From: Escherichia coli
Lineage (GTDB): Bacteria > Pseudomonadota > Gammaproteobacteria > Enterobacterales > Enterobacteriaceae
Direction: 5' to 3' (one strand)
DNA length: 64,000 nucleotides
NCBI RefSeq assembly: GCF_016026235.1
Contig: NZ_CP065613.1
Positions 30,914 through 45,913 of this stretch are shown piece by piece. A program made the position numbers and the translations under genes. The notes below the pieces were generated by a model. That model had not been told where the DNA came from and did no database searches. It was given only the letters and a program-made list of their open reading frames with translations. Every line of letters starts with the position of its first letter. Position 1 is the first letter of the stretch.

Positions 30914-32172
30914 TCAAGGCGACGGACAGAAAACTGGTAGTAGGACTGGAGATTGGTACCGCGAAGGTTGCCGCTTTAGTAGGGGAAGTTCTGCCCGACG
31001 GTATGGTCAATATCATTGGCGTGGGCAGTTGCCCGTCGCGTGGTATGGATAAAGGCGGGGTGAACGACCTCGAATCCGTGGTCAAGTGCGTACAACGTGC
31101 CATTGACCAGGCAGAATTGATGGCAGATTGTCAGATCTCTTCGGTATATCTGGCGCTTTCTGGTAAGCACATCAGCTGCCAGAATGAAATTGGTATGGTG
31201 CCGATTTCTGAAGAAGAAGTGACGCAAGAAGATGTGGAAAACGTCGTCCATACCGCGAAATCGGTGCGTGTGCGCGATGAGCATCGTGTGCTGCATGTGA
31301 TCCCGCAAGAGTATGCGATTGACTATCAGGAAGGGATCAAGAATCCGGTAGGACTTTCGGGCGTCCGGATGCAGGCAAAAGTGCACCTGATCACATGTCA
31401 CAACGATATGGCGAAAAACATCGTCAAAGCGGTTGAACGTTGTGGGCTGAAAGTTGACCAACTGATATTTGCCGGTCTGGCATCAAGTTATTCGGTATTG
31501 ACGGAAGATGAACGTGAACTGGGTGTCTGCGTCGTCGATATCGGTGGTGGTACAATGGATATCGCCGTTTATACCGGTGGGGCATTGCGCCACACTAAGG
31601 TAATTCCTTATGCTGGCAATGTCGTGACCAGTGATATCGCTTACGCCTTTGGCACGCCGCCAAGCGACGCCGAAGCGATTAAAGTTCGCCACGGTTGTGC
31701 GCTGGGTTCCATCGTTGGAAAAGATGAAAGCGTGGAAGTGCCGAGCGTAGGCGGTCGTCCGCCGCGGAGTCTGCAACGTCAGACCCTGGCAGAGGTGATC
31801 GAGCCGCGCTATACCGAGCTGCTCAACCTGGTCAACGAAGAGATATTGCAGTTGCAGGAAAAGCTTCGCCAACAAGGGGTTAAACATCACCTGGCGGCAG
31901 GCATTGTATTAACTGGTGGCGCAGCGCAGATCGAAGGTCTTGCAGCCTGTGCTCAGCGCGTGTTTCATACGCAAGTGCGTATCGGCGCGCCGCTGAACAT
32001 TACCGGTTTAACGGATTATGCTCAGGAGCCGTATTATTCGACGGCGGTGGGATTGCTTCACTATGGGAAAGAGTCACATCTTAACGGTGAAGCTGAAGTA
32101 GAAAAACGTGTTACAGCATCAGTTGGCTCGTGGATCAAGCGACTCAATAGTTGGCTGCGAAAAGAGTTTTAA
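30910..32172 (+). CDS. ftsA: Cell division protein FtsA (actin-like ATPase)
   Basis: 420-aa [54 protein letters not shown]... Confidence 0.95.
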   Translation: MIKATDRKLVVGLEIGTAKVAALVGEVLPDGMVNIIGVGSCPSRGMDKGGVNDLESVVKCVQRAIDQAELMADCQISSVYLALSGKHISCQNEIGMVPISEEEVTQEDVENVVHTAKSVRVRDEHRVLHVIPQEYAIDYQEGIKNPVGLSGVRMQAKVHLITCHNDMAKNIVKAVERCGLKVDQLIFAGLASSYSVLTEDERELGVCVVDIGGGTMDIAVYTGGALRHTKVIPYAGNVVTSDIAYAFGTPPSDAEAIKVRHGCALGSIVGKDESVEVPSVGGRPPRSLQRQTLAEVIEPRYTELLNLVNEEILQLQEKLRQQGVKHHLAAGIVLTGGAAQIEGLAACAQRVFHTQVRIGAPLNITGLTDYAQEPYYSTAVGLLHYGKESHLNGEAEVEKRVTASVGSWIKRLNSWLRKEF

Positions 32173-32232
32173 TTTTTATGAGGCCGACAATGATTACGGC
32201 CTCAGGCGACAGGCACAAATCGGAGAGAAACT

Positions 32233-33384
32233 ATGTTTGAACCAATGGAACTTACCAATGACGCGGTGATTAAAGTCATCGGCGTCGGCGGCGGCGGCGG
32301 TAATGCTGTTGAACACATGGTGCGCGAGCGCATTGAAGGTGTTGAATTCTTCGCGGTAAATACCGATGCACAAGCGCTGCGTAAAACAGCGGTTGGACAG
32401 ACGATTCAAATCGGTAGCGGTATCACCAAAGGACTGGGCGCTGGCGCTAATCCAGAAGTTGGCCGCAATGCGGCTGATGAGGATCGCGATGCACTGCGTG
32501 CGGCGCTGGAAGGTGCAGACATGGTCTTTATTGCTGCGGGTATGGGTGGTGGTACCGGTACAGGTGCAGCACCAGTCGTCGCTGAAGTGGCAAAAGATTT
32601 GGGTATCCTGACCGTTGCTGTCGTCACTAAGCCCTTCAACTTTGAAGGCAAGAAGCGTATGGCATTCGCGGAGCAGGGGATCACTGAACTGTCCAAGCAT
32701 GTGGACTCTCTGATCACTATCCCGAACGACAAACTGCTGAAAGTTCTGGGCCGCGGTATCTCCCTGCTGGATGCGTTTGGCGCAGCGAACGATGTACTGA
32801 AAGGCGCTGTGCAAGGTATCGCCGAACTGATTACTCGTCCGGGTTTGATGAACGTGGACTTTGCAGACGTACGCACCGTAATGTCTGAAATGGGCTACGC
32901 AATGATGGGGTCTGGCGTGGCAAGCGGTGAAGACCGTGCGGAAGAAGCTGCTGAAATGGCTATCTCTTCTCCGCTGCTGGAAGATATCGACCTGTCTGGC
33001 GCACGCGGCGTGCTGGTTAACATCACAGCGGGCTTCGACCTGCGTCTGGATGAGTTCGAAACGGTAGGTAACACCATCCGTGCATTTGCTTCCGACAACG
33101 CGACCGTGGTTATCGGTACTTCTCTTGACCCGGATATGAATGACGAGCTGCGCGTAACTGTTGTTGCGACAGGTATCGGCATGGACAAACGTCCTGAAAT
33201 CACTCTGGTGACCAATAAGCAGGTTCAGCAGCCAGTGATGGATCGCTACCAGCAGCATGGGATGGCTCCGCTGACCCAGGAGCAGAAGCCGGTTGCTAAA
33301 GTCGTGAATGACAATGCGCCGCAAACTGCGAAAGAGCCGGATTATCTGGATATCCCAGCATTCCTGCGTAAGCAAGCTGATTAA
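32233..33384 (+). CDS. ftsZ: Cell division GTPase FtsZ
   Basis: 383-aa [52 protein letters not shown]...; tubulin signature GGGTGTG present. Confidence 0.97.
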
Positions 33385-33463
33385 GAATTGACTGGAATTT
33401 GGGTTTCGAGGCTCTTTGTGCTAAACTGGCCCGCCGAATGTATAGTACACTTCGGTTGGATAG

Positions 33464-34402
<939 letters not shown>

Positions 34403-34464
34403 CGACATTTATACTGTCGTATAAAATTCGACTGGCAAATCTGGCACTCTCTCCGGCCAGGTGA

Positions 34465-35145
<681 letters not shown>

Positions 35146-35206
35146 CAACAATAAACCTTTACTTCATTTTATTAACTCCGCAACGCGGGGCGTTTGAGAT
35201 TTTATT

Positions 35207-37912
35207 ATGCTAATCAAATTATTAACTAAAGTTTTCGGTAGTCGTAACGATCGCACCCTGCGCCGGATGCGCAAAGTGGTCAACATCATCAATGCCATGG
35301 AACCGGAGATGGAAAAACTCTCCGACGAAGAACTGAAAGGGAAAACCGCAGAGTTTCGTGCACGTCTGGAAAAAGGCGAAGTGCTGGAAAATCTGATCTC
35401 GGAAGCTTTCGCCGTGGTACGTGAGGCAAGTAAGCGCGTCTTTGGTATGCGTCACTTCGACGTTCAGTTACTCGGCGGTATGGTTCTTAACGAACGCTGC
35501 ATCGCCGAAATGCGTACCGGTGAAGGTAAAACCCTGACCGCAACGCTGCCTGCTTATCTGAACGCACTAACCGGTAAAGGCGTGCATGTAGTTACCGTCA
35601 ACGACTACCTGGCGCAACGTGACGCCGAAAACAACCGTCCGCTGTTTGAATTCCTTGGTCTGACTGTCGGTATCAACCTGCCGGGCATGCCAGCACCGGC
35701 AAAGCGCGAAGCTTACGCAGCTGACATCACTTACGGTACGAACAACGAATACGGCTTTGACTACCTGCGCGACAATATGGCGTTCAGCCCTGAAGAACGT
35801 GTACAGCGTAAACTGCACTATGCGCTGGTGGACGAAGTGGACTCCATCCTGATCGATGAAGCGCGTACACCGCTGATCATTTCCGGTCCGGCAGAAGACA
35901 GCTCGGAAATGTATAAACGCGTGAATAAAATTATTCCACACCTGATCCGCCAGGAAAAAGAAGACTCCGAAACCTTCCAGGGCGAAGGCCACTTCTCGGT
36001 GGACGAAAAATCTCGCCAGGTGAACCTGACCGAACGTGGTCTGGTGCTGATTGAAGAACTGCTGGTGAAAGAGGGCATCATGGATGAAGGGGAGTCTCTG
36101 TACTCTCCGGCGAACATCATGCTGATGCACCACGTAACGGCGGCGCTGCGCGCTCATGCGCTGTTTACCCGCGACGTCGACTACATCGTTAAAGATGGTG
36201 AAGTTATCATCGTTGACGAACACACCGGTCGTACCATGCAGGGCCGTCGCTGGTCCGATGGTCTGCACCAGGCTGTGGAAGCGAAAGAAGGTGTGCAGAT
36301 CCAGAACGAAAACCAAACGCTGGCTTCGATCACCTTCCAGAACTACTTCCGTCTGTATGAAAAACTGGCGGGGATGACCGGTACTGCTGATACCGAAGCT
36401 TTCGAATTTAGCTCCATCTACAAACTGGATACCGTCGTTGTTCCGACCAACCGTCCAATGATTCGTAAAGATCTGCCGGACCTGGTCTACATGACTGAAG
36501 CGGAAAAAATTCAGGCGATCATTGAAGATATCAAAGAACGTACTGCGAAAGGCCAGCCGGTGCTGGTGGGTACTATCTCCATCGAAAAATCGGAGCTGGT
36601 GTCAAACGAACTGACCAAAGCCGGTATTAAGCACAATGTCCTGAACGCCAAATTCCACGCCAACGAAGCGGCGATTGTTGCTCAGGCAGGTTATCCGGCT
36701 GCGGTGACTATCGCGACCAACATGGCGGGTCGTGGTACAGATATTGTGCTCGGTGGTAGCTGGCAGGCAGAAGTTGCCGCGCTGGAAAATCCGACCGCAG
36801 AGCAAATCGAAAAAATTAAAGCCGACTGGCAGGTACGTCACGATGCGGTACTGGCAGCAGGTGGCCTGCATATCATCGGTACCGAGCGTCACGAATCCCG
36901 TCGTATCGATAACCAGTTGCGCGGTCGTTCTGGTCGTCAGGGGGATGCTGGTTCTTCCCGTTTCTACCTGTCGATGGAAGATGCGCTGATGCGTATTTTT
37001 GCTTCCGACCGAGTATCCGGCATGATGCGTAAACTGGGTATGAAGCCAGGCGAAGCCATTGAACACCCGTGGGTGACCAAAGCGATTGCTAACGCCCAGC
37101 GTAAAGTTGAAAGCCGTAACTTCGACATTCGTAAGCAACTGCTGGAATATGATGACGTGGCTAACGATCAGCGTCGCGCCATTTACTCCCAGCGTAACGA
37201 ACTGCTGGATGTCAGCGATGTGAGCGAAACCATCAACAGCATTCGTGAAGATGTGTTCAAAGCCACCATTGATGCCTACATTCCGCCACAGTCGCTGGAA
37301 GAAATGTGGGATATTCCGGGGCTGCAGGAACGTCTGAAGAACGATTTCGACCTCGATTTACCAATTGCTGAGTGGCTGGATAAAGAACCCGAACTGCATG
37401 AAGAGACGCTGCGTGAGCGCATTCTGGCGCAGTCCATCGAAGTGTATCAGCGTAAAGAAGAAGTGGTTGGTGCTGAGATGATGCGTCACTTCGAGAAAGG
37501 CGTCATGCTGCAAACGCTTGACTCCCTGTGGAAAGAGCACCTGGCAGCGATGGACTATCTGCGTCAGGGTATCCACCTGCGTGGCTATGCACAGAAAGAT
37601 CCGAAGCAGGAATACAAACGTGAATCGTTCTCCATGTTTGCAGCGATGCTGGAGTCGTTGAAATATGAAGTTATCAGTACGCTGAGCAAAGTTCAGGTAC
37701 GTATGCCTGAAGAGGTTGAGGAGCTGGAACAACAGCGTCGTATGGAAGCCGAGCGTTTAGCGCAAATGCAGCAGCTTAGCCATCAGGATGACGACTCTGC
37801 AGCCGCAGCTGCACTGGCGGCGCAAACCGGTGAACGCAAAGTAGGACGTAACGATCCTTGCCCGTGCGGTTCCGGTAAAAAATACAAGCAGTGCCATGGT
37901 CGCCTGCAATAA
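35207..37912 (+). CDS. secA: Preprotein translocase ATPase SecA
   Basis: 901-aa [61 protein letters not shown]...; C-terminal zinc-binding [14 protein letters not shown]. Confidence 0.97.
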   Translation: MLIKLLTKVFGSRNDRTLRRMRKVVNIINAMEPEMEKLSDEELKGKTAEFRARLEKGEVLENLISEAFAVVREASKRVFGMRHFDVQLLGGMVLNERCIAEMRTGEGKTLTATLPAYLNALTGKGVHVVTVNDYLAQRDAENNRPLFEFLGLTVGINLPGMPAPAKREAYAADITYGTNNEYGFDYLRDNMAFSPEERVQRKLHYALVDEVDSILIDEARTPLIISGPAEDSSEMYKRVNKIIPHLIRQEKEDSETFQGEGHFSVDEKSRQVNLTERGLVLIEELLVKEGIMDEGESLYSPANIMLMHHVTAALRAHALFTRDVDYIVKDGEVIIVDEHTGRTMQGRRWSDGLHQAVEAKEGVQIQNENQTLASITFQNYFRLYEKLAGMTGTADTEAFEFSSIYKLDTVVVPTNRPMIRKDLPDLVYMTEAEKIQAIIEDIKERTAKGQPVLVGTISIEKSELVSNELTKAGIKHNVLNAKFHANEAAIVAQAGYPAAVTIATNMAGRGTDIVLGGSWQAEVAALENPTAEQIEKIKADWQVRHDAVLAAGGLHIIGTERHESRRIDNQLRGRSGRQGDAGSSRFYLSMEDALMRIFASDRVSGMMRKLGMKPGEAIEHPWVTKAIANAQRKVESRNFDIRKQLLEYDDVANDQRRAIYSQRNELLDVSDVSETINSIREDVFKATIDAYIPPQSLEEMWDIPGLQERLKNDFDLDLPIAEWLDKEPELHEETLRERILAQSIEVYQRKEEVVGAEMMRHFEKGVMLQTLDSLWKEHLAAMDYLRQGIHLRGYAQKDPKQEYKRESFSMFAAMLESLKYEVISTLSKVQVRMPEEVEELEQQRRMEAERLAQMQQLSHQDDDSAAAAALAAQTGERKVGRNDPCPCGSGKKYKQCHGRLQ

Positions 37913-37930
37913 AAGCTAACAGTTGAAGTA

Positions 37931-37956
37931 AAAGGCGCAGGATTCTGCGCCTTTTT
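37931..37956 (+). terminator. Intrinsic terminator after secA
   Basis: Hairpin AAAGGCGCAGGATTCTGCGCCTTTT followed by a T-run. Confidence 0.7.
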
Positions 37957-37971
37957 TATAGGTTTAAGACA

Positions 37972-38361
37972 ATGAAAAAGCTGCAAATTGTGGTAGGTAT
38001 TATTCGCAACGAGAACAATGAAATCTTTATAACGCGTCGCGCAGCAGATGCGCACATGGCGAATAAACTGGAGTTTCCCGGCGGTAAAATTGAAATGGGC
38101 GAAACGCCGAAACAGGCGGTGGTGCGTGAACTTCAGGAAGAAGTCGGGATTACCCCACAACATTTTTCGCTATTTGAAAAACTGGAATATGAATTCCCGG
38201 ACAGGCATATAACTCTGTGGTTCTGGCTGGTCGAAAGCTGGGAAGGGGAGCCGTGGGGTAAAGAAGGGCAACCCGGTGAGTGGATGGCGCTGGTCGGTCT
38301 GAATGCCGATGATTTTCCGCCAGCCAATGAACCGGTAATTGCGAAGCTTAAACGTCTGTAG
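37972..38361 (+). CDS. mutT: 8-oxo-dGTP diphosphatase MutT (Nudix)
   Basis: 129-aa ORF, MKKLQIVVGIIRNENNEIFITRRAADAHMANKLEFPGGKIEMGETPKQAVVRELQEEVGI...; Nudix box GGKIEMGETPKQAVVRELQEEVG. Confidence 0.95.
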   Translation: MKKLQIVVGIIRNENNEIFITRRAADAHMANKLEFPGGKIEMGETPKQAVVRELQEEVGITPQHFSLFEKLEYEFPDRHITLWFWLVESWEGEPWGKEGQPGEWMALVGLNADDFPPANEPVIAKLKRL

Positions 38362-38362
38362 G

Positions 38363-38422
38363 TCAGATAAGGCGTTTTCGTCGCATCCGACATTCGCACA
38401 CGATGCCTGATGCGACGCTGGC
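38363..38422. repeat. REP (repetitive extragenic palindromic) element, left portion interrupted by IS150
   Basis: Typical REP sequence GCATCCGACATTCGCACACGATGCCTGATGCGACGCTGGC; its continuation GCGCGTCTTATCAGGCC is found on the far side of the IS element at 39855. Confidence 0.75.
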
Positions 38423-39177
<755 letters not shown>

Positions 39178-39281
39178 ATCAGCATACTTGTCCTTAGCCT
39201 TCTGCAGTGACAGCTGGTAGTACAGCGTGCTTCTGGCCAGCCCTGCAGCCTTTAACAGGTCAGACTGGCAGTGTCCGCACT

Positions 39282-39803
39282 TCAGGCTCTGGATGACTTT
39301 CGTTTTTTCTCCAGCTCCTGGCGCTTTTTTTCCAGGAGATGCTCCTGCATGGCTTTCAGATATGCATTTTCTGCGCGAAGATAACGCAGCTCATTCTTCA
39401 TCTCTTCCGGCGTCATGTTTCCCTCGTTTTCATGGGTATCATCAGAACGGGTCATGCTTTTCTCCTTCCTGCGCCTGATAAAGGCCTCATTACCAGATTT
39501 GCGGTAGCCTTTTATCCAGTTTTTAACCATGTTGTGGCTGAGAATGTTAAACCGGGCAGCTACCCGGGGTAGAGACTCAGAATGCCCGAGAGCATAAAGA
39601 ACCACGCAAAGTTTATCTTCAGGAGAATAGCTACGCTTGTGTCTGCAATCCAGTGCCTGAGGACCGTGAAGAAGAAAAAGATTAATCCAGTGTGAGAGGC
39701 TGGTGTGAGAAAGTTGAAAGAGTTTTGCCGTAGAAATGATGCCTGCATGACCGGCCAGGTAATGATTTACAGCGGCAAGTTTTACTTCAAATGAATGTTT
39801 CAT
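39282..39803 (-). CDS. insJ: IS150 transposase OrfA (InsJ), helix-turn-helix DNA-binding protein
   Basis: Translation MKHSFEVKLAAVNHYLAGHAGIISTAKLFQLSHTSLSHWINLF...LEKKRQELEKKRKSSRA, which I recognise as IS150 InsJ. Confidence 0.9.
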   Translation of the reverse strand: MKHSFEVKLAAVNHYLAGHAGIISTAKLFQLSHTSLSHWINLFLLHGPQALDCRHKRSYSPEDKLCVVLYALGHSESLPRVAARFNILSHNMVKNWIKGYRKSGNEAFIRRRKEKSMTRSDDTHENEGNMTPEEMKNELRYLRAENAYLKAMQEHLLEKKRQELEKKRKSSRA

Positions 39804-39854
39804 AAACTGCACCTTCAGATGTCAGATTATGTCCAACATTTGGGGTGCAGTTCA

Positions 39855-39995
<141 letters not shown>

Positions 39996-40012
39996 GCGGC
40001 ATCAGACAAATG

Positions 40013-40210
40013 TCACTGCTTTGGTTCTTCGCTCCAGTCATCGCTTTCGGAAAGATCGCCACTGCTGGGGATTCGTTTTTCTTCAGCAGCCCATTCTCCG
40101 AGGTCGATCAGCTGACAACGTTTGGAGCAAAATGGCCGAAACGGGCTGATTTCACCCCACACCACCGTTTTCCCGCAGGTTGGGCAATTCACCGTAATAG
40201 TTTCTGACAT
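40013..40210 (-). CDS. yacG: DNA gyrase inhibitor YacG (zinc-finger protein)
   Basis: 65-aa [51 protein letters not shown]... Confidence 0.9.
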
Positions 40211-40219
40211 TTTTACTCC

Positions 40220-40963
40220 TTAGCAACAGGCCAGTTCGAAATCCAGACGTTCCGGTACCTGTCCGTTTTCAGTGTCCAGCGGCATAAAACGAATGGCAAA
40301 ACGGCTCTTATGTCCGGAAATTTGCGGATAAAGCTGTGAATCGAGCGACAGATTCAGGCGCAGCAAGTCGGCATCGCCACCGTTATCCTGATAAAAACCA
40401 TTCAGGCTGGTTTGTTTACGGAAGGGGGCCGACTGGCGAATTAAATCCAGCACCATGGTAAGTGCCTGGGTGAGCGGGTTCAGGCTGGCAATCCAGGTTT
40501 CTACCTGGCTGTCGCGCTGCGCCTGGGGTAGATGCAGCCAAATGTGCAATGTTGGTAAATCAAAGCTGCAACAGCCGCCTGGGATGCTCAGTCGCTGACG
40601 CACCAGAGCAATCAAACGATCTTCACGTAGAAATTGCCCGATACGCGGCGCGGAGATTAATACGCTCCCCGCCGCTTTTAACTGCTGAATTAATGCTTCA
40701 ATACGGCTCTGGTCCACGCCAGGCACGCCAATCCAGGTCTGGAGTTTACGTTGCTGCCGGTCAAGTTCTTTCAACAGCTCAGTGCGGACTTCGCCGCGCT
40801 CGAAAACATCCAGTAATTCACTGACATTACGGAAGAAATGCAGCGCGCCAGCGTGGTCAACGATGGGTAAATTAACGGTGAGTTGCTGAATCAAAAACTC
40901 AATGCGCAGCCATGTACGCATTTTTTCATTTAGTGGATGTTCAAAAAGGACCTGGGTCTGCAT
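40220..40963 (-). CDS. zapD: Cell division factor ZapD (YacF)
   Basis: 247-aa [31 protein letters not shown]... Confidence 0.9.
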
Positions 40964-41583
40964 TACGGTTTTTCCTGTGAGACAAACTGCGACGCAAGCT
41001 GCAAATAGTGTGCGTGCAGGCGGGCAACATCCGATGCGATAGCATCCGGTGCGCCGTTATTATCAATGACGTCATCTGCCACGGCAAGGCGGGCTTCGCG
41101 CGTTGCCTGAGCAGCAAGGATTTGTTCGACATGCTCGCGAGTTACATCATCGCGCTGCATGGTGCGCTTAAGTTGCGTTTCTGGGCTGACATCCACCACC
41201 AGCACTCGATTCGCTTTTTTATACAGTGAGTTTTCTACCAGCAATGGCACAACCCACAGTACATAGGGGGAGGTTGCTTGCTGGATCTGGTGTTGCGTCT
41301 CTTGCTGAATCAGCGGATGCAGCAGGTCGTTAAGCCAGTTTTTCTCTTCCGGGTTGGCGAAGATCCGCTCGCGCAAGGCCCGGCGCTGCAATGTTCCATC
41401 AGCAGCAATCATGTTAGCGCCAAAGTGATCAGCAATGGCATGTAGCGCAGGTGCACCTGGTTCAACCACCTGACGCGCAATAATATCGGCATCAATGACG
41501 TTAATTCCGAGATCAGCAAACGCATTGGCAACGGTACTCTTGCCACTGCCAATGCCTCCCGTTAAGGCAACTATATACCTCAT
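40963..41583 (-). CDS. coaE: Dephospho-CoA kinase
   Basis: 206-aa [50 protein letters not shown]...; P-loop GGIGSGKST. Confidence 0.95.
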
Positions 41584-41807
41584 AATTTATATTCCCGGGA
41601 ATTCATCATGATTATCAAAACGTTAAAAATGAGCGCACGAAAGCGAAATTGATGAAACGTTCGCTCACTATTTACCAGGTAAATTTATGGGATTGTAGCG
41701 TAAAAAAAGACAATTTCGCAGTCTTGCGCCGCATTGATTAGTGCGTATGATAGCGTCACTGGAGTTGCGCTCTTACCCTTATAGCCATTAACCCCAGGAA
41801 TCCGCAC

Positions 41808-42851
41808 ATGCGTATTGAAGAAGATCTGAAGTTAGGTTTTAAAGACGTTCTCATCCGCCCTAAACGCTCCACTCTTAAAAGCCGTTCCGATGTTGAACTG
41901 GAACGTCAATTCACCTTCAAACATTCAGGTCAGAGCTGGTCCGGCGTGCCGATTATCGCCGCAAATATGGACACCGTAGGCACATTTTCTATGGCCTCTG
42001 CGCTGGCTTCTTTTGATATTTTGACTGCTGTGCATAAACACTATTCTGTCGAAGAGTGGCAAGCGTTTATCAACAATTCTTCCGCTGATGTGCTGAAACA
42101 TGTGATGGTTTCTACCGGTACGTCAAATGCGGATTTCGAAAAAACTAAACAGATTCTCGACCTGAACCCGGCATTAAATTTCGTTTGTATTGACGTGGCG
42201 AATGGTTATTCCGAACACTTCGTGCAGTTCGTTGCGAAAGCGCGTGAAGCGTGGCCGACCAAAACCATTTGTGCTGGTAACGTAGTGACTGGTGAAATGT
42301 GTGAGGAGCTTATCCTCTCAGGTGCCGATATCGTTAAAGTTGGCATTGGCCCAGGTTCTGTTTGTACAACTCGCGTCAAAACAGGCGTCGGTTATCCGCA
42401 ACTTTCTGCGGTAATCGAATGTGCCGATGCTGCGCACGGTCTGGGCGGAATGATCGTCAGCGATGGTGGCTGCACCACGCCGGGCGATGTCGCGAAAGCT
42501 TTTGGCGGCGGTGCCGATTTCGTCATGCTTGGCGGCATGCTGGCGGGCCACGAAGAGAGCGGCGGTCGCATCGTTGAGGAGAACGGCGAGAAATTTATGC
42601 TGTTCTACGGCATGAGCTCCGAGTCTGCGATGAAACGTCACGTTGGCGGCGTTGCGGAATATCGCGCAGCAGAAGGTAAAACCGTTAAGCTGCCGCTGCG
42701 AGGCCCGGTTGAAAATACCGCGCGTGATATTTTGGGCGGCCTGCGTTCAGCTTGTACATACGTTGGGGCTTCACGCCTGAAAGAACTGACCAAGCGCACC
42801 ACATTTATCCGTGTGCAGGAACAAGAAAACCGCATCTTCAACAACCTGTAA
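41808..42851 (+). CDS. guaC: GMP reductase
   Basis: 347-aa [63 protein letters not shown]... Confidence 0.95.
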   Translation: MRIEEDLKLGFKDVLIRPKRSTLKSRSDVELERQFTFKHSGQSWSGVPIIAANMDTVGTFSMASALASFDILTAVHKHYSVEEWQAFINNSSADVLKHVMVSTGTSNADFEKTKQILDLNPALNFVCIDVANGYSEHFVQFVAKAREAWPTKTICAGNVVTGEMCEELILSGADIVKVGIGPGSVCTTRVKTGVGYPQLSAVIECADAAHGLGGMIVSDGGCTTPGDVAKAFGGGADFVMLGGMLAGHEESGGRIVEENGEKFMLFYGMSSESAMKRHVGGVAEYRAAEGKTVKLPLRGPVENTARDILGGLRSACTYVGASRLKELTKRTTFIRVQEQENRIFNNL

Positions 42852-42885
42852 TCTTCCAACGCTGGTGTGGAGCAACACGCCAGCG

Positions 42886-44088
42886 TTATCCCATCCCACT
42901 CATCGCATCGCCTAAATGGAAAATTGGCAGATACATCGCCACCACCAGCGTACCGATAATTCCTCCCGTTATGATCAGCAACGCCGGTTCCAGTAAGGCT
43001 GCTAGGTTATCCGCCAGCGCCATTGTGTTATCCCGATGATGATGGGCGAGGTTGTCTAACATGAGATCCAGCGAGCCGGAGGCCTCTCCTGTTCTCACTA
43101 ATTGCAAACAGAGCGGGCTAAACTCACCGGTATTTTTTAGCGCCAGCCAGATGGGAAGACCGTTACTGATATCGTGCTGGATTTGTGTCAGAAGTTGCAC
43201 CCAGTACGGGCAGCGCATTGTTTCTCTGACGCTCTCTACGCCCTGTAAAAAAGTAATGCCTGCACTTTGTGTCAGCGCCAGAATCGTAAAGATCTGCGTG
43301 AGTTTTTGTCCCCGCATCAGTGAGCCCATAATCGGGATGTGTAACAGCAATTTCTGCCGCACGATAAGCCAGGTCGGTCGGCGCATCAGCAACTTATTGG
43401 CTATCGCCAGCAGAAAGCCGAACAACACCAGCAGCCAGCCCCATTCGCCACTAAAGTCTGCCAGCGTCATGATCCCCTGCGTTAGTGCCGGTAGTGGGGT
43501 GTTGAAGGTCTTATATATAGCGGCAAACTCCGGCAGAACAAAATGCAGCATTGCCACAACCACCATGATTGCCATCGCTAAAATGATGATGGGATAACGC
43601 AACGCTGATTTCACTTTGTCGGTCAACTGACGCTGGGCTTTTTGCTGACGCGCCAGTTCAAAGCAGCATTCATCCAGCTTACCGGTCAGTTCACCCGTGC
43701 GGATCATCGCCTGATAGAGCGGCGGAAATACCTCTGACCAGGGTAATAAGGCATTGGAAAAGGCAATGCCCTGTTCGAGATCGTGTGCCAGAGATTGCAG
43801 CAACGCTTGCCATTGCTTACTGGGATGCTGTTCCGCCAGCAGTGCCAGCCCTTCAGAAAGCGTTAACCCGGCTTTAAGTAGCGTCGCCAGTTGATGAATG
43901 ACTTCCGCGCTTTTATCTCCTCGCCACTGCGCAGAATTGATAGCAATTCGCTTCAGGCTTAGTGGAGTAACCATCTGTTGCTGTAGTGCCATGAGCAGCA
44001 AAGCACGGCTCTCTGCCCATAGCATCCCATCTTGCGCATTGCCGTCGCCGGTTATGCCATGCCAGCGCCAGAGTTGCTTACTCGCCAT
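42886..44088 (-). CDS. hofC: Type IV pilus assembly platform protein HofC (PilC/GspF family)
   Basis: 400-aa ORF, MASKQLWRWHGITGDGNAQDGMLWAESRALLLMALQQQMVTPLSLKRIAI...; position upstream of hofB-ppdD. Confidence 0.9.
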   Translation of the reverse strand: MASKQLWRWHGITGDGNAQDGMLWAESRALLLMALQQQMVTPLSLKRIAINSAQWRGDKSAEVIHQLATLLKAGLTLSEGLALLAEQHPSKQWQALLQSLAHDLEQGIAFSNALLPWSEVFPPLYQAMIRTGELTGKLDECCFELARQQKAQRQLTDKVKSALRYPIIILAMAIMVVVAMLHFVLPEFAAIYKTFNTPLPALTQGIMTLADFSGEWGWLLVLFGFLLAIANKLLMRRPTWLIVRQKLLLHIPIMGSLMRGQKLTQIFTILALTQSAGITFLQGVESVRETMRCPYWVQLLTQIQHDISNGLPIWLALKNTGEFSPLCLQLVRTGEASGSLDLMLDNLAHHHRDNTMALADNLAALLEPALLIITGGIIGTLVVAMYLPIFHLGDAMSGMG

Positions 44089-45463
44089 GCGGCATCCCCA
44101 GTACGCGGATTAACTCTTCAAAGGTGGTTAAGCCTTGCTCCACGGCCAGGCAGCCGTTTTCAAAAAGCGTACGCATACCCGCCTGTCGTGCGTGCGTTTC
44201 CAGCGATTCAACGTCGGTATTAGCGGAAATAAGCTGACGAATGACCGGCGTTATGGGCAGAACTTCAAATAAGGCCGTACGACCATAAAAACCGTGGTAG
44301 CAATGTACACAACCGGGTGCCTGCCAGTGGGGCAGCGGCGACGGCCATACATTGACTGGAATATGGATGGGCTCCCCTTGCTGCTGGCGACAATGTGGGC
44401 AAAGTTTACGTACCAGACGCTGGGCTATTACCAGCGTAAGCGCTGATGAGAGCATCCAGCGGGCGACTCCCATTTGCTGTAAACGTACCAGCGTTTCGCA
44501 GGTGGAATTAGTGTGTAGGGTAGACAACACCAGGTGACCAGTTTGCGCCGCTTTAATAGCGATCTCTGCTGTTTCGCCATCGCGGATCTCTCCGATCATG
44601 ATGACGTCAGGATCCTGGCGCAATAACGCACGCAAAACGCCCTGAAAGGTGAGTCCTGCACGCGGATGGATTTGCGTCTGGTTTAGTCCGGCTATGGGGA
44701 TTTCAACCGGATCTTCGACGCTACAAATATTAATGTCAGCGGTATTCAGCTTTTGCAGGGCACTATAAAGCGTGACCGTTTTGCCGCTGCCGGTAGGGCC
44801 AGTTACCAGCACCAGTCCCTGTGGTTGTTGCAAGGCATGAGCAAAGTCCGCCAGTTGTAACGGCTGCATTCCAAGCGTGTTGACATCCAGTGCCTGACTC
44901 ACCTGCTGTAACAACCTTAATACCACCTTTTCACCACCCCGACATGGTAAGGTCGCAATACGAAATGAGACGGCGTTTCCTGCCAGTTCGACAGTGAATT
45001 GCCCGTCCTGCGGCAGGCGATGTTCCGCAATATCCAGGTTTCCCAGCACTTTTAATCTGGCGGTTAATGCGACTCCGGCATCCGGTGAAACATCCGGTAA
45101 AGGATGCAATACGCCGTCGATACGCAAGCGGATGCGGTAGGCATTGTCCGCTGGTTCGATATGAATATCAGATGCGCGTTGTTCCAGCGCAGATTGTAAC
45201 GTTCGAGTCAGCAACTCTGCTTTGGGCTGATGCTTCTCCTGAACAGCTACGGGCAATGTCTGTTGTGTGCGACTGGCGTGACCTTCCATTTGTTGGCGCG
45301 TCCAGCAGGTGATCTCAATACGTTTGGTGGTAGCGAAATGCAATGCGTCCAGTAGCTCATGCGAAGGTGCATCGACTACCGCAACATGAACCACCTCTTC
45401 GCTGGCATCCAGCAAGACTCCATGATAACGCAGACACAGGGCAGTGAGCTGTGGAATATTCAT
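44078..45463 (-). CDS. hofB: Type IV pilus assembly ATPase HofB (PilB/GspE family)
   Basis: 461-aa ORF with Walker A LVTGPTGSGKT and C-terminal CxxC pairs. Confidence 0.9.
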   Translation of the reverse strand: MNIPQLTALCLRYHGVLLDASEEVVHVAVVDAPSHELLDALHFATTKRIEITCWTRQQMEGHASRTQQTLPVAVQEKHQPKAELLTRTLQSALEQRASDIHIEPADNAYRIRLRIDGVLHPLPDVSPDAGVALTARLKVLGNLDIAEHRLPQDGQFTVELAGNAVSFRIATLPCRGGEKVVLRLLQQVSQALDVNTLGMQPLQLADFAHALQQPQGLVLVTGPTGSGKTVTLYSALQKLNTADINICSVEDPVEIPIAGLNQTQIHPRAGLTFQGVLRALLRQDPDVIMIGEIRDGETAEIAIKAAQTGHLVLSTLHTNSTCETLVRLQQMGVARWMLSSALTLVIAQRLVRKLCPHCRQQQGEPIHIPVNVWPSPLPHWQAPGCVHCYHGFYGRTALFEVLPITPVIRQLISANTDVESLETHARQAGMRTLFENGCLAVEQGLTTFEELIRVLGMPHGE

Positions 45464-45472
45464 TGCCGCTCC

Positions 45473-45913
45473 TTAGTTGGCGTCATCAAAGCGGAAGACA
45501 TCTTCGCAGGCTTGATGCAATGCGCTGTCACTTTGAATATTGCAGTTGCGCGTCCAGCCGGTGACGCCGTTTGCGTTATCCCAACCCGGTGTCATGACGA
45601 CGCTTAGCCCATTGAGACTTTCTTGCCCGGTCAGCGACACCACGCCCTTTGCCACACTCATGGCTGAAACATAGCGGGTGGTGGTAGGCGAGGGAATGCC
45701 ATTGCTGCCACCGTCGCAGGTATCTAATCCACCATGTTCCAGCGCGCACAACTCTACGGCGGTACGGTAAGGCACAAAGGTTTGTAGCATGTCGGTGAGT
45801 GCGGCTTTGCGCAGGTAGTTTTGATAAGCGGGAATACCAATGGCGCTTAAAATGGCAATGATGCCAATAACCACCATCAGTTCGATAAGTGTAAAACCGC
45901 GTTGCTTGTCCAT
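45473..45913 (-). CDS. ppdD: Prepilin (type IV pilin) PpdD
   Basis: 146-aa ORF, MDKQRGFTLIELMVVIGIIAILSAIGIPAYQNYLRKAALTDML...; class III signal peptide G/FTLIE. Confidence 0.9.
   Translation of the reverse strand: MDKQRGFTLIELMVVIGIIAILSAIGIPAYQNYLRKAALTDMLQTFVPYRTAVELCALEHGGLDTCDGGSNGIPSPTTTRYVSAMSVAKGVVSLTGQESLNGLSVVMTPGWDNANGVTGWTRNCNIQSDSALHQACEDVFRFDDAN

Noticed and set aside
32194-33375. 393-aa ORF on the minus strand
   Set aside because: Antisense to ftsZ, which is unambiguous on the plus strand.
35567-37138. Several 100–250-aa minus-strand ORFs
   Set aside because: All antisense within secA; no independent support.
42886-45913. hofC-hofB-ppdD considered as a novel secretion or pilus system
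   Set aside because: This is the conserved cryptic type IV pilus gene set found at this position in E. coli; not novel.
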